Shown here piece after piece: positions 28,678 to 39,290 of a DNA stretch of 64,000 nt. Source of the stretch: an uncultured delta proteobacterium (GTDB lineage: Bacteria; Myxococcota_A; UBA9160; PR03); NCBI GenBank assembly GCA_963801625.1, contig CAWDFQ010000007.1:130145-194144 (forward strand), in the 5' to 3' direction. A program made the translations under genes and the position numbers. The stretch's first letter is position 1. Each line of letters opens with the position of its first letter. The notes under the pieces are model-generated. The model was not told the origin of the DNA and did not search any database. It saw only the letters and a list, made by a program, of their open reading frames with translations.

Positions 28678-29994
28678 ATGGGCCAGAACACGCCCGAGAA
28701 TCCGGTCCGCGGGGCGTGCCTGTGCGGGGCGATCCGGTACGAGATCGAGCTTCCGACGCTCGGCACGGTGCACTGCCACTGCACCATGTGCCGCCGCTGG
28801 AACGGTGCCGGCTACACGACGTGGTTCGCGATCCAGAAGGACCACCTCCGCATCGTTGCGGGCAACGATCACCTGCAGCGCTACCAGTCCTCGGATCACG
28901 CGGGTCGGCTGTTCTGCAGCGCGTGCGGTAGCTCCCTGTTCGGCGATTCGTCGAGAACGCCGGACGTGATGTACATCGTGCGCGGACCCGTCCAGGGCGA
29001 GATCGATACCGCCCCTGCTGGCCACCAGTGCATCGAGTCGCTCGTCCCCTGGATCGAGATCGGCGACGAACTACCCCGCCGGCAGGGCGCGGGCGTACTC
29101 ACGACGCCGCAGGACTCGACTCCGATGAGCGACCCGCAGACGCAGTCGGCCCCTTCGATCAGCGAGCAGGTGTTGCGTGCGGCCGGACTCTACACGCACA
29201 TCAACGATCTGCTCGATGCCCAGGGCCAGATCCAGGGCTTCATCCACTACCACCTGGGCTTTCAGCACGCGACCGAAGCGCTCGCCGACAAGCTGGAGGG
29301 CCTCGGCGTCGATTCGTCGTGGCGTCTGCTGGACCTCTGCTGCGGCTGGGGGGTGCCGACCCGATACGTCGCCGGCCGCTTCGGCTGCCGGATCACCGGA
29401 ATCGACATCACGCAGCGCTCGATCGACTTCGCTCGGAAGGTCACCGAGGGCACCGACGCCGAGCCGCTCGTGAGCTTCCGGCAGGGCAGTGCCCTCGAGC
29501 TGCCCGTCGAAGCCGGTGCGTTCGACCTGGTGTGGAGCCAGGATGGTTTCTGCCACGTCCCGGACCGGCCCCGCCTGCTGGCCGAGTGCTTCCGGGTGCT
29601 TCGCCCCGGTGGCCATCTCGTGTTCACCGATTGGCTGCGCGGGGAGTTCATCACTCCCGAGGAGCTTCGCGTTTTCTGTGAGGCTTGGTCCTTCCCCGGC
29701 GTGGAGACCCTCGAGAGCTACCCCTCGCTGCTCGCGACCGCGGGCTTCGAGATCGTGAGCCAGGAGGAGGTCGGCTGCGACTACGCGGTCGCCGGGGATT
29801 CCGAATCCATCAGCCGGGGCCTGTCGAGCTTCATCCAGCGGGTCGGTGCCGGGGATGCCGACGACGTCGCGAAGTTCGTGGAGGCCCATGGGCGGAAGGC
29901 CCACCTCGAGCGCCTGGAGCGCGAGAAGATGGACATCCACTTTGCCCAGCGGAAGATGGCGCTCGGCCGCTTCGTCTGCGTCAAGCCCGCCTGA
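28678..29994 (+). CDS. fusion protein: GFA/CENP-V (glutathione-dependent formaldehyde-activating-like, Zn-Cys) domain + class I SAM-dependent methyltransferase
   Basis: Intact 438-aa ORF. The N-terminus is GACLCGAIRYEI..VHCHCTMCRRWNGAGY..LFCSACGSSLF. After a ~40-aa linker comes LLDLCCGWGVPTRYVAGRFGCRITGIDIT...FDLVWSQDGFCHVPDR..VLRPGGHLVFTDW. No stop separates the domains. Confidence 0.8.
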   Translation: MGQNTPENPVRGACLCGAIRYEIELPTLGTVHCHCTMCRRWNGAGYTTWFAIQKDHLRIVAGNDHLQRYQSSDHAGRLFCSACGSSLFGDSSRTPDVMYIVRGPVQGEIDTAPAGHQCIESLVPWIEIGDELPRRQGAGVLTTPQDSTPMSDPQTQSAPSISEQVLRAAGLYTHINDLLDAQGQIQGFIHYHLGFQHATEALADKLEGLGVDSSWRLLDLCCGWGVPTRYVAGRFGCRITGIDITQRSIDFARKVTEGTDAEPLVSFRQGSALELPVEAGAFDLVWSQDGFCHVPDRPRLLAECFRVLRPGGHLVFTDWLRGEFITPEELRVFCEAWSFPGVETLESYPSLLATAGFEIVSQEEVGCDYAVAGDSESISRGLSSFIQRVGAGDADDVAKFVEAHGRKAHLERLEREKMDIHFAQRKMALGRFVCVKPA

Positions 29995-30034
29995 CGAACG
30001 CGGGATCCATGCGGCTCGTTGGGAGCCGTGAGAT

Positions 30035-31678
30035 TCACAGGCCCGATCGCATCCTGCGGTATCGCCGGATGAGGTTGTTGGTCGAGCTGTCGTGCTCCAG
30101 CCGCGGCGCGTTCTCGGCCTCGAGCTCCGGGATGATGCGCTGCGCGAGCGCCTTCCCGAGCTCGACGCCCCATTGGTCGAAGGAGTTGATGCTCCAGATG
30201 GCGCCCTGGGTGAAGACGCTGTGCTCGTAGAGGGCGACCAAGCTGCCCAGTGTTTCCGGCGTGAGCCGGTCGGCCAGGATCGTGTTCGACGGTCGGTTGC
30301 CTTCGAAGACGCGATGCGGAACCAGCGCGGCTTGGGTGCCTTCGGACCTCACCTGCTCGGGCGTCTTGCCAAAGGCGAGCGCCTCGGTCTGGGCAAACAC
30401 ATTCGCCAGCAGGATGTCGTGGTGCCGGCCCAGCGGCGTGAGCGCATGCGCAAAGGCGATGAAGTCACACGGAATCAGTCGCGTGCCCTGATGAATCAGC
30501 TGGTAGAACGAGTGCTGCCCGTTGGTGCCGGGTTCGCCCCAGTAGATCGAGCCTGTGTCACAGTTCACCGTCTCGCCGTCGAGCGTGACGCGCTTCCCGT
30601 TGCTCTCCATGGTCAATTGCTGGAGATAGGCCGGGAAGCGCTTCAGGTAGTTCTCGTACGGCAGCACCGCCACCGTCTGGGCGCCAAAGAAGTCGCTGTA
30701 CCAGAGTGAGAGCAGCCCCATCAGCACCGGCAGGTTCTTCTCGAACGGCGCGCTGCGGAAGTGCTCGTCCATCTGGCGAAAGCCGTCGAGCATCGCGCGG
30801 AAGTTCGCCGGGCCGACGGCGATCATCGTGGACAGGCCGATCGCCGAGTCCATCGAGTAGCGGCCGCCCACCCAGTCCCAGAACCCGAACATGTTCGTCG
30901 TGTCGATGCCGAAGGCCGACACTTTCTCGGCATTCGTCGAGACGGCGACGAAGTGCTTCGCCACGGCCTCGACGTCGCCGCCGAGCCCCGCGAGCGACCA
31001 GTCGCGCGCGCTCTGCGCGTTGGTCATCGTCTCCAGCGTCGTGAAGGTCTTCGACGACACGACGAAGAGCGTCTCCGCCGGGTCGAGGTCGCGCGTCGCT
31101 TCGACGAAGTCGATGCCGTCGACGTTCGACACGAACCGGAAGGTCATCGAGCGCTCGCTGTAGTGGCGGAGCGCCTCGTAGGCCATCACCGGGCCGAGGT
31201 CCGAGCCGCCGATGCCGATGTTGACGACGTTCCGGATGCGCTTGCCGGTATGACCCTTCCACTCGCCGCTGCGGACGCGGTTGGCGAAGCCCGCCATCTT
31301 GTCGAGGACGGCGTGCACCTCCGGCACGACGTTCTCCCCGTCCACCACGATCGAGGCGTCCCGCGGCGCGCGTAGGGCGACGTGTAGGACGGCGCGGTTC
31401 TCGGTGACGTTGATCTTCTCGCCCCGGAACATGGCGTCGATCCGGGCTCTCAGCCCCGACTCCTGCGCCAGCTGGACGAGAAGCCGCATCGTCTCGTCGG
31501 TGACACGGTTCTTCGAGTAGTCGAGGAAGAGCCCGGCTGCCTCGGCGGTGAGGCGCTCGCCGCGCGCCGGGTCGTCACCGAAGAGCGTCCGGAGATGAAG
31601 GTCGCGCATCGTCCGGGCGTGCGTCTCGAGCGCCCTCCACGCCGGGCGGCTGGTCAGCGGGGTCGGCACCGTGCTCAT
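30035..31678 (-). CDS. pgi: glucose-6-phosphate isomerase
   Basis: Intact from [18 protein letters not shown]. Motifs [43 protein letters not shown] and [17 protein letters not shown] are present. Confidence 0.93.
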   Translation of the reverse strand: MSTVPTPLTSRPAWRALETHARTMRDLHLRTLFGDDPARGERLTAEAAGLFLDYSKNRVTDETMRLLVQLAQESGLRARIDAMFRGEKINVTENRAVLHVALRAPRDASIVVDGENVVPEVHAVLDKMAGFANRVRSGEWKGHTGKRIRNVVNIGIGGSDLGPVMAYEALRHYSERSMTFRFVSNVDGIDFVEATRDLDPAETLFVVSSKTFTTLETMTNAQSARDWSLAGLGGDVEAVAKHFVAVSTNAEKVSAFGIDTTNMFGFWDWVGGRYSMDSAIGLSTMIAVGPANFRAMLDGFRQMDEHFRSAPFEKNLPVLMGLLSLWYSDFFGAQTVAVLPYENYLKRFPAYLQQLTMESNGKRVTLDGETVNCDTGSIYWGEPGTNGQHSFYQLIHQGTRLIPCDFIAFAHALTPLGRHHDILLANVFAQTEALAFGKTPEQVRSEGTQAALVPHRVFEGNRPSNTILADRLTPETLGSLVALYEHSVFTQGAIWSINSFDQWGVELGKALAQRIIPELEAENAPRLEHDSSTNNLIRRYRRMRSGL

Positions 31679-31757
31679 TTCCTGGCGTTCTCCCAAAGTC
31701 GGAATCCCCCTACGAACGCGTTGGCGTTGTCTCCCATCCGGCATCCCTCTCTCACCG

Positions 31758-32175
31758 TTACTTCAGCGCGGCGCTCTTCGAGGCGATCACCGCCATCAGC
31801 TCCTTCCACGACGCCACTGGCTTTTGCGTCGTAGGCGAGGAGGGGCGACACCTCGAGCGAGACCCAGCCGTCGACGCGATCGGTCCGCTCCCAGATCGGC
31901 CGGAACAGGTCGGCCGCCCGGGTGATGTCCTCGAGCGCGAGGTCGAAGAAGAGTTCTTCGCCGGACCTTCCCTTCGCGAGACCCGCCCGGATCGCGGTGT
32001 CGTACGCCGAGCTGTTCTTGATCGCGTGTTCGAAGATCGTCGGGTTCGACGTCAGGCCGGTCACGGAGAGCTCGTCGATGTACCGATTGAGCGTCCCGGT
32101 GTCGAGGAGGTCGCGCGTGATGTTGTCGAGCCAGATGCTCTGGCCCAGGTCGTGCAGCAGCTTGGTCGCTTTCAT
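31758..32175 (-). pseudogene. tal: transaldolase with ~220-aa internal deletion
   Basis: MKATKLLHDLGQSIWLDNITRDLLDTGTLNRYIDELSVTGLTSNPTIFEHAI...GWVSLEVSPLLAYDAKAS joins out of frame at ~31810-31820 to the native C-terminal tail [16 protein letters not shown] (TAA at 31758-31760). Confidence 0.8.
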
Positions 32176-32209
32176 CGGGTCACCTTTCTCTTCGCTTCGC
32201 CATGCTGGT

Positions 32210-32809
32210 TCACTCGCCGACATGGTGGTCGTCGTTCCACAGACGGATCACGGGGCGTGTGAGGTCGTGCTCGTAGCCGACGGCGCTGAGGCTCGCGGTT
32301 CCGAGGAGGAAGTGCCGGCCGGGGGCCCCCGGATCGGCACCGAGCCAGCGCGCGGCCAGGACGCGGATGAAGTGGCCGCTCGAGAACACGAGGACATCGC
32401 CGTCGACCGCCCGGATGCGGGTGATGACGCGGTCCGCCCGCGCGCCGACCTGCTGCGGCGTCTCACCGCCCGGACAGCCGTCCCGGAACAGCTGCCAGTC
32501 GGGGCGCTTCTTCCGGATCTCCGCCGTGGTAATTCCCTCGTACTCGCCGTAGTCCCACTCGACGAGGTCCGGGTCGACGACGGCGACGCCGCCGAAGCCC
32601 GCAAGTTCGCAGGTCCGAAGGGCTCTCTCGAGGGGGCTCGAGAAGACCTTCGCGAAGGTCAGTCCGGCGAGGCGCTCTCCGAGCCGCCGGGCGTTCCGTT
32701 CCCCGCGTTCGGTCAGCGGGAGATCGGTCAGCCCCGTGTGCTGGCCGGTCAGGCTCCAAGCGGTCTCGCCGTGCCGCGCGAGATAGACGATCGGCAGCGT
32801 GTCGCTCAT
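32210..32809 (-). CDS. histidine phosphatase family protein (phosphoglycerate mutase-like)
   Basis: Intact 199-aa ORF with the catalytic motif LARHGETAWS and ..SSGHFIRVL. Confidence 0.85.
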   Translation of the reverse strand: MSDTLPIVYLARHGETAWSLTGQHTGLTDLPLTERGERNARRLGERLAGLTFAKVFSSPLERALRTCELAGFGGVAVVDPDLVEWDYGEYEGITTAEIRKKRPDWQLFRDGCPGGETPQQVGARADRVITRIRAVDGDVLVFSSGHFIRVLAARWLGADPGAPGRHFLLGTASLSAVGYEHDLTRPVIRLWNDDHHVGE

Positions 32810-32881
32810 GACACCGCACTCTTTCGCGCTCTTCTCGCGCTTCCGCGGTCGGACGCCCCGTCGGATGACCGCGGGCAGTTC

Positions 32882-33061
32882 CTATTGCTCGTCATTTCGA
32901 CGGCTTCTCGAGATGGCCGCCGAACTCGTGTGGACGAGCGGCGCCAGTGCCATCGCCGTGCCCGGGTGTCCGGACTTCGCCTGCTGGACTGCGTCGATCG
33001 ACAGGGTGCGAATGGTGTTGATCGACAGTCGATCGAGTTCTTCGTTGGTCATGGTGCTCAT
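32882..33061 (-). pseudogene. tkt: transketolase N-terminal ~45-aa stub fused to a gnd-like 3' tail
   Basis: MSTMTNEELDRLSINTIRTLSIDAVQQAKSGHPGTAMALAPLVHT is followed by a 40-nt segment (32887-32926). That segment is near-identical to the 3' end of gnd (33864-33903) and encodes FGGHLEKPSK* in another frame. Confidence 0.75.
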
Positions 33062-33792
33062 CCTCGAATGACGGGGCGGTTTCCTCGGCCGATCTCGGGC
33101 ATCTCGAGCCGCTGGGCCGCCGCGCGGTCGGCCAGGATCAGGGCGTGGTCCTGGCGCACCCGCCCGGCCGGAATCGATGCGTCCGCCGCAAGCAGGCGGG
33201 GCAACATCGCGAGTTTCTCCGCTCCGGTCACCACCCAGAGAATGCGCCGCGAGCGATTGAGCATTGGATACGTGAGCGTCATCCGTCGCCACTTCATGTA
33301 GACGCCAGTCAGCGCGACATCCCGGTCGATGACGTCCAGAACGGGATCGTTGGGGACCAGAGAGGCCGTGTGTCCGTCCGGCCCGAGCCCGAGATGCGCG
33401 ACGTCGAGCACGGGCGGTGTGCCAGCGATCTGCTCGAGGACGCGCGCGTAGCCGCGGGCGGCGACTTCGACGTCGGCCTCTTCGACGGGCATGGCGTGGA
33501 TGTGTTCCACCGGCAGCGGCGCATGCTCGAGCAGACTCTCGCGCAGGTGCGTGAGGTTACGGTCGGGATCGCCGGCGGGCGCGATGCGTTCGTCCACCTG
33601 GACGACGTGAACGCCTGTCCACGGCACATCCTCGCCAGCCAGCGCACGCAGCATCTGCCACGGCGTATGGCCACCGCTGACCGCCACGACGAACCGCGTG
33701 CGCGCTCTCACCGCGGCACGCGCTTCAGCAGCGATCACCTGGGCGGCCGCTCTGGCGACGGCATCGGCGTCGGAGAGGATCCGAGCCTCCAT
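33058..33792 (-). CDS. pgl: 6-phosphogluconolactonase
   Basis: Intact 244-aa ORF with FVVAVSGGHTPWQMLRAL, VDERIAPAGDPDRN and GLGPDGHTASLVP. Its stop overlaps the tkt stub ATG (ATGA). Confidence 0.88.
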   Translation of the reverse strand: MEARILSDADAVARAAAQVIAAEARAAVRARTRFVVAVSGGHTPWQMLRALAGEDVPWTGVHVVQVDERIAPAGDPDRNLTHLRESLLEHAPLPVEHIHAMPVEEADVEVAARGYARVLEQIAGTPPVLDVAHLGLGPDGHTASLVPNDPVLDVIDRDVALTGVYMKWRRMTLTYPMLNRSRRILWVVTGAEKLAMLPRLLAADASIPAGRVRQDHALILADRAAAQRLEMPEIGRGNRPVIRG

Positions 33793-33868
33793 CGTGGGTC
33801 CCACTAGCGGCTCACCTTCGTCCCGAAGAAGACGAGGGCGTCCGACCGCGGAGCGTTCCTCTCGCTCG

Positions 33869-34885
33869 TCATTTCGACGGCTTCTCGCGATGGCCGCCGA
33901 ACTGGTAACGCATCGCGGAGAGCAGTTTGTTCTGGAAATCGGCTTCGCCGCGCGAGCTGAAGCGCTCGTAGAGCGCGGCGGTGAGGACCTCGGCCGGCAC
34001 CCCTTCGTCGATTGCGGCGAGGATCGTCCAGCGTCCCTCGCCCGAGTCCGAGACCTGACCCGAGAAGTCCGCCAGATCCGGCGACTCGAGCAGCGCAATG
34101 GCCATCAGGTCGAGGAGCCAGGACGAAACGACGCTTCCGCGCCGCCACACTTCGGCGATGTCGGGAAGGTCGAGATCGTAGTGATAGTGTTCGGGGTTGC
34201 GGAGCGGTGTCGTCTCGGCATCGACCTCGCGGCTCGCCTTGCCGACGTTCGCGTGCTGGAGGATGTTGAGCCCCTCGGCGTACGCGGCCATCAGTCCGTA
34301 CTCGATCCCGTTGTGGACCATCTTGACGAAATGGCCCGCCCCGTTTGGGCCGCAGTGGAGATAGCCCTCTTCGGCGGTGCCTCGGGCCTTCTCGCGTCCG
34401 GGCGTCCGCGGGATGTCGCCCCGACCCGGGGCCAGCCGCTTGAAGATCGGGTCGAGATGCTTCACGACGGCGGGCTCGCCGCCGATCATCATGCAGTAGC
34501 CGCGCTCGAGCCCCCAGACGCCGCCGCTCGTCCCGACGTCCACGTAGTGGATCCCGTGCGGGGCCAGCTCCTTCGCGCGCCGGATGTCGTCCACGTAGTA
34601 CGAGTTCCCGCCGTCGATCAGGATGTCCCCTCGCTCGAGGAGGGGCCCGAGGTCGGCGATCGTCTGGTCCACGACGGCCGCCGGGACCATCAGCCAGACG
34701 GCCCGGGGCTTCGCGAGCTTGGCGACCAAGTCGGCGAGGGAGGAGGCGCCCAGCGCCTTCTCCTTCCCGAGCGCCGCGACGGCCTTCGGCGACCGGTCGA
34801 AGACGACGCACGCGTGGCCGCCGCCGATCAGCCGGCGAACCATGTTCGCGCCCATCCGGCCCAGTCCGATCATTCCCAGTTGCAT
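33869..34885 (-). CDS. gnd: 6-phosphogluconate dehydrogenase, decarboxylating (short GntZ/Gnd-like type)
   Basis: Intact from [19 protein letters not shown], with [46 protein letters not shown], and the end [13 protein letters not shown]. Confidence 0.9.
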   Translation of the reverse strand: MQLGMIGLGRMGANMVRRLIGGGHACVVFDRSPKAVAALGKEKALGASSLADLVAKLAKPRAVWLMVPAAVVDQTIADLGPLLERGDILIDGGNSYYVDDIRRAKELAPHGIHYVDVGTSGGVWGLERGYCMMIGGEPAVVKHLDPIFKRLAPGRGDIPRTPGREKARGTAEEGYLHCGPNGAGHFVKMVHNGIEYGLMAAYAEGLNILQHANVGKASREVDAETTPLRNPEHYHYDLDLPDIAEVWRRGSVVSSWLLDLMAIALLESPDLADFSGQVSDSGEGRWTILAAIDEGVPAEVLTAALYERFSSRGEADFQNKLLSAMRYQFGGHREKPSK

Positions 34886-35194
34886 GTCCGACTCCTGCAT
34901 GTGTTGCGGCCCCGCGCGACTCCTGGCGACGCAGCGCGGGATGGATCGCGCCACCGCCGGGCGCGGCGAGAGCGAAGCGGAGAGCAGTCGTCAGCGGCGC
35001 GAGTCGTCGAGGCATGCGAGTGCCATCGATCGGAATAGGTTTACACGAACCGGATCCGTCCCTGCCAATGCAGGCGGCCTTGGGCACGGCATACTCGGAC
35101 CGCATGGAACTCGAACGCCGGCACCTCGCGCTGTCGCGCAGCATCTTCCTCCTTCCTGCCGACTGACGCACCCGTTCGAAGATGCCGTACCCCT

Positions 35195-35782
35195 ATGATG
35201 CTCACGCTCGCCGTCGCGGCATGGCGGTCTCCGTCGTCGAAATGGCCCGGTGCCGCGGCGCGGGCGCGGCCGATTCGCGCGATGATGGCCGGCCAACAGG
35301 GGAGGGCGCATGTCGCCTGCGCAGAAGCCGACCGTCCAGGGACGTCAACTTACGCGCTCGGCGCGCGCGATCTCGCCGGCTTCCGCCGCGGCATCGGAAC
35401 CATGATCGCGTTCATGTTGCTCGCGGTCGTCGTGCCCAGCTATTCCGAATGGGTCACGCAGCTGATCCGGGTGCGCTGGCGGCGCTGGTTCACCGGCCAC
35501 TACATCACGCGCTGGATCGGTCCGCACGCCTACCGCGGCGGTCTGCTATCCGTCCGCGCCGGGCGCCTTCCCGGACGAGCGGATCGAGGTGGCGCTGCGG
35601 ACGAGGCGACCTCGGACCTCGACGATGCGACCGAGGCGAAGGTGTACGAAGTGCTGGCGCAACAGATGCCGAACGCCGCGCTGCTCGTCGTGGCCGAGCG
35701 GCCCGGTGCCCTCGAGCGCCTGCCGCGCCGCTGGACGCTCAGCGAGAGTGCCGGGGGTCACGTCGCGCTCGAGGCCACCTGA
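35195..35782 (+). pseudogene. ABC transporter permease/ATPase (ABC_membrane_2 / SbmA-BacA-like) remnant with large internal deletion
   Basis: The TM-domain start FMLLAVVVPSYSEWVTQLIRVRWRRWFTGHYITRWIGPHAYR is joined directly to the extreme C-terminus of an NBD, DEATSDLDDATEAKVYEVLAQQMPNAALLVVAERP. Walker A, the signature motif and most TM helices are absent. Confidence 0.6.
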
Positions 35783-35838
35783 ACTCGCACGCGAAGAGAA
35801 CCGACGACGCTGCGAACGAACCGACCACAGGACGCCCC

Positions 35839-38800
35839 ATGACGATGCCCGTTTCCATCACCAGCGCATCCGACCTGCGCGTGCAGGTCAACGCCAACGG
35901 CTCGTTGCGGCGGATCGACCATCGCGACGTCATCGTCAACCTGTTCCCGGGCAACGAGATCGAGGGCGGGCCCGACCAACCTCTATCTGCGTCGGCGAGA
36001 CGGGCGCAACGAAGCGATCCCGCTGCTCGGTCCGCGCAGCCCCGCGCACTACCGGATCCGCGAGGACGGCTTCACGGCGCGCGGCGAATGGGACGGCATC
36101 CGCTTCCAGCTCGTCGCTGCGACTGGCGCAGTCGGCGCCCGCGTGGTTCTGGCACGTCGCGCTCGAGAACGTCGGCGACGCGCCGCTGACGGTCGATCTG
36201 ATCCACGCCCAGGACCTGGCGCTCGCGGATTACGGCGCCGTCCGGCAGAACGAGTACTACGTCAGCCAGTACCTCGATCACACGCCGCTCGCGCATCGCG
36301 AGCGCGGCACCGTGCTGGCGGTGCGCCAGAACCTGTCGGTGGGCGGCCGCCACCCGTGGGCCGTGCTCGGTTCGCTCGGATCGCGCCACCAGCTTCGCGA
36401 CCGACGCGCTCCAGTTTCACGGCGTGAGCGGCCGCGGCGGCGACGGCCCGGCGGGTCTGCGCAGCGACGCGCTGCCCGGAAAGCGCCAGCAGCACGAGCA
36501 CGCGATGGCGGTGCTGCAGGACGCCGCGCGTGCGGCTCGAGCCGGGCGCGCGTGCCGAGCGGGGATTCTTCGGCTGGCTCGAGCCCGATCATCCCGATGC
36601 GACGTCGGCCGCGGATCTCGCGTTCGTCGATCGCGCGCTCGCGCTGCCCGAGGCTGCAGCCCGGCAGCGACGGACGCGCCCGAGCAGGACTTCACCGCGC
36701 CGTCGCCGACGCTGTTCAGCGCTGGCACGCGACTCGCATGCCGCGACCTCGCTGAGCGCGAGATCACCGACCTCTTCGGCAGCGAGCTGCGCCACGTCGA
36801 GCGGGAGGACGGGCAGCTCCACTCCTTCTTCACCGGCGCGAATCGGCACGTGGTGCTCGCTGCCAAGGAGCGCGGCGTGCTGCGACCGCACGGACAGATC
36901 CTGCGGACGGGCGACGCGTCTCGTTCCCGACGAGGCGTCGCTCACGTCGACGCGCGTGGATGGCCGGCGTGTTCCACTCGATGGTCACGCAGGGCCACGT
37001 CAGCATCAATCGCTTCCTGTCCACGACGCACAGCTATCTCGGCCTGTTCCGCTCGCACGGCCAGCGCGTCTTCGTCGAGTGCGCCGACGGCTGGCAGCTG
37101 CTCGACGTGCCCTCCGCGTTCGAGATGGATCCGAGCGGCTGTCGCTGGATCTACCAGCACGCGGGCGGACGGATCGAGGTGCGCAGCCGGGCGGCGGTCT
37201 CCCGCCACGAGCTGCTGCTCGAGATCGAAGTCGTGGATGGCGCGCCTTGCCGCTTCCTGGTGTCGAGCCACGTGGCGCTCGGTGGCGACGACGGTGCGGA
37301 CGCGGTTCCGCTGCGCGCGGTGCGCGACGAGCGGGGCGTCGCGCTCGGCGCTCCGCCCGACAGCGACGTCGGCCGGCGCTTTCCGTACGGCTGCTTCCGC
37401 ATCGACCCCGTGCGCGGCACTGCCATCGAAGCGTTGGGCGGCGACGAGCTGCTCTTCGCCGACGGCCGCGGGCGGAATCAGCCCTTCCTGGTGCTCGTGA
37501 CGGCCGCGTCGACGATCGTCGGCTTCCGCATCACCGGCCATCTCGTCGATTCCGAGCGCGTCGATTCGGCGCGCGCGAAGCGGCGGAGTTCGCGCCGGAC
37601 GCGACCGCGCTGCGGATCGCGAGCGCGCCGACCGCTTCTGGCGCGACATGACCGGCCCGCTGCGGCTGCAGCCGGTCGCGGGTACGCCACTCGCCGCCGA
37701 CATCGCGCGACATCCAGGAGATCCTGCCGTGGTTCGCGCACGACGCGCTGATCCACTACCTCGCGCCGCGCGGGCCTCGAGCAGTATTCGGGCGGCGGCT
37801 GGGGCACGCGCGACGTCTGCCAGGGGCCCGTCGAGCTGCTGCTCTCGCTGGGTCGCTGCGCAGCCGGTGCGCGACCTGCTGCTGCGCGTCTTCCGCAACC
37901 AGAACCCGGACGGCGACTGGCCGCAGTGGTTCATGTTCTTCGAGCGCGAGCGGAACATCCGGCCCGGCGACTCGCACGGCGACATCGTCTTCTGGCCGGT
38001 GCTCGCGCTCGCGCAGTATCTGCTCGCGTCCGACGACGCAGCGCTTCTCGACGAGCCGGTGCCGTTCTTCCACGCGCGAGGGCGACGACACACGCCGAGC
38101 ACGCGACGATCTGGCAGCACGTCGAGCGCGCGCTCGCGTCGATCGCGCACGCGCGTGATTCCGGGCACGCGGCTCGCGGCGTACGGCCACGGCGACTGGA
38201 ACGACTCGCTCCAGCCGGTGGATCCCGCCATGCGCGAGCGGCTGTGCAGCGCGTGGACCGTGACGCTCCAGGTGCAGACGCTGCGCACGCTGGCCGCTGC
38301 ACTGCGCCAGCTCGGACGCGGCGAGCACGCGCCTGCGCTCGAGGCGACGGCCGCGCAGGTTCGCGACGAGTTCCAGCGCCTGCTGATCGGCGACGGCGTG
38401 CTCGCGGGCTTCACGCTACTTCCGCGAGGACGGCGGCATCGAGCGGTTGCTGCACCCGAGCGACGAGAGCACCGGAATCCACTATCCGCTTGCTGCCGAT
38501 GATCCACGCGATCCTCTCCGACCTGTTCACGCCGGAGCAGGCGCGTGCGCACGTCGCGCTGATCCGCGAGCACCTGCTCGCGCCCGACGGCGCGCGCCTC
38601 TTCGATCGCCCGCCGCCGTACCACGGCGGGCTGCAGCGCCACTTCCAGCGCGCCGAGAGCAGCACGTTCTTCGGCCGCGAGATCGGCATCATGTACACGC
38701 ACGCGCACCTCCGCTACGCCGAGGCGATGGCGCACTGGGGCGACGCCGACGCGGCTCTTTCTCGCACTGCGGCAGGCGAACCCGATCGGCCTGCGCGAGG

Positions 38801-39278
38801 CGGTCGCGCCGCGCGCGCCCGCGCCAGGCTCAACTGCTACACGTCGAGCTCCGACGCGTGTTTCGCGGATCGCTACGACGCGGCGTCGCGCTACGACGAG
38901 CTGAAGGCCGGCGCGGTCGCGGTGGAGGGCGGCTGGCGCGTCTACTCGAGCGGCGCCGGGATCGCGACGCAGCTGATCCGCGGCGCGCTGCTCGGACTGC
39001 GCCAGTCGCAGTCGCGACTCGCGATCGATCCGGTGCTGCCGCGATCGCTCGACGGCTTGCGCGCCGCGCATCGAGGTGGCCGGCATGCCGCGTCGAGGTC
39101 GTCTACGCGATTCGCGAACGCGGCCACGGCCCGACCGCGCTCACGCTGAACGGCGCGCCGCTGGCCTTCGAGTCGGAGGCGAACCCGTACCGCGCGGGCG
39201 GCGCGGTCGTGTCGATGGACGTGCTGCGCGCAGCGGCTCGTCGCGAGCGGCAACACGCTCGTCGTGGAGCTTCGCTGA
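35839..39278 (+). pseudogene. GH94-like glycoside phosphorylase (cellobiose / beta-1,2-oligoglucan phosphorylase family), many frameshifts
   Basis: Native blocks occur in all 3 frames: MTMPVSITSASDLRVQVNANGSLRRIDHRDVIVNLFPGNEIEGG; WFWHVALENVGDAPLTVDLIHAQDLALADYG; WMAGVFHSMVTQGHVSINRFLSTTHSYLG; NQNPDGDWPQWFMFFE; the catalytic-region motif AYGHGDWNDSLQPVDP; FGREIGIMYTHAHLRYAEAMAHWGD; WRVYSSGAGIATQLI. Confidence 0.75.
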
Positions 39279-39290
39279 TGCTGGGGAGCG

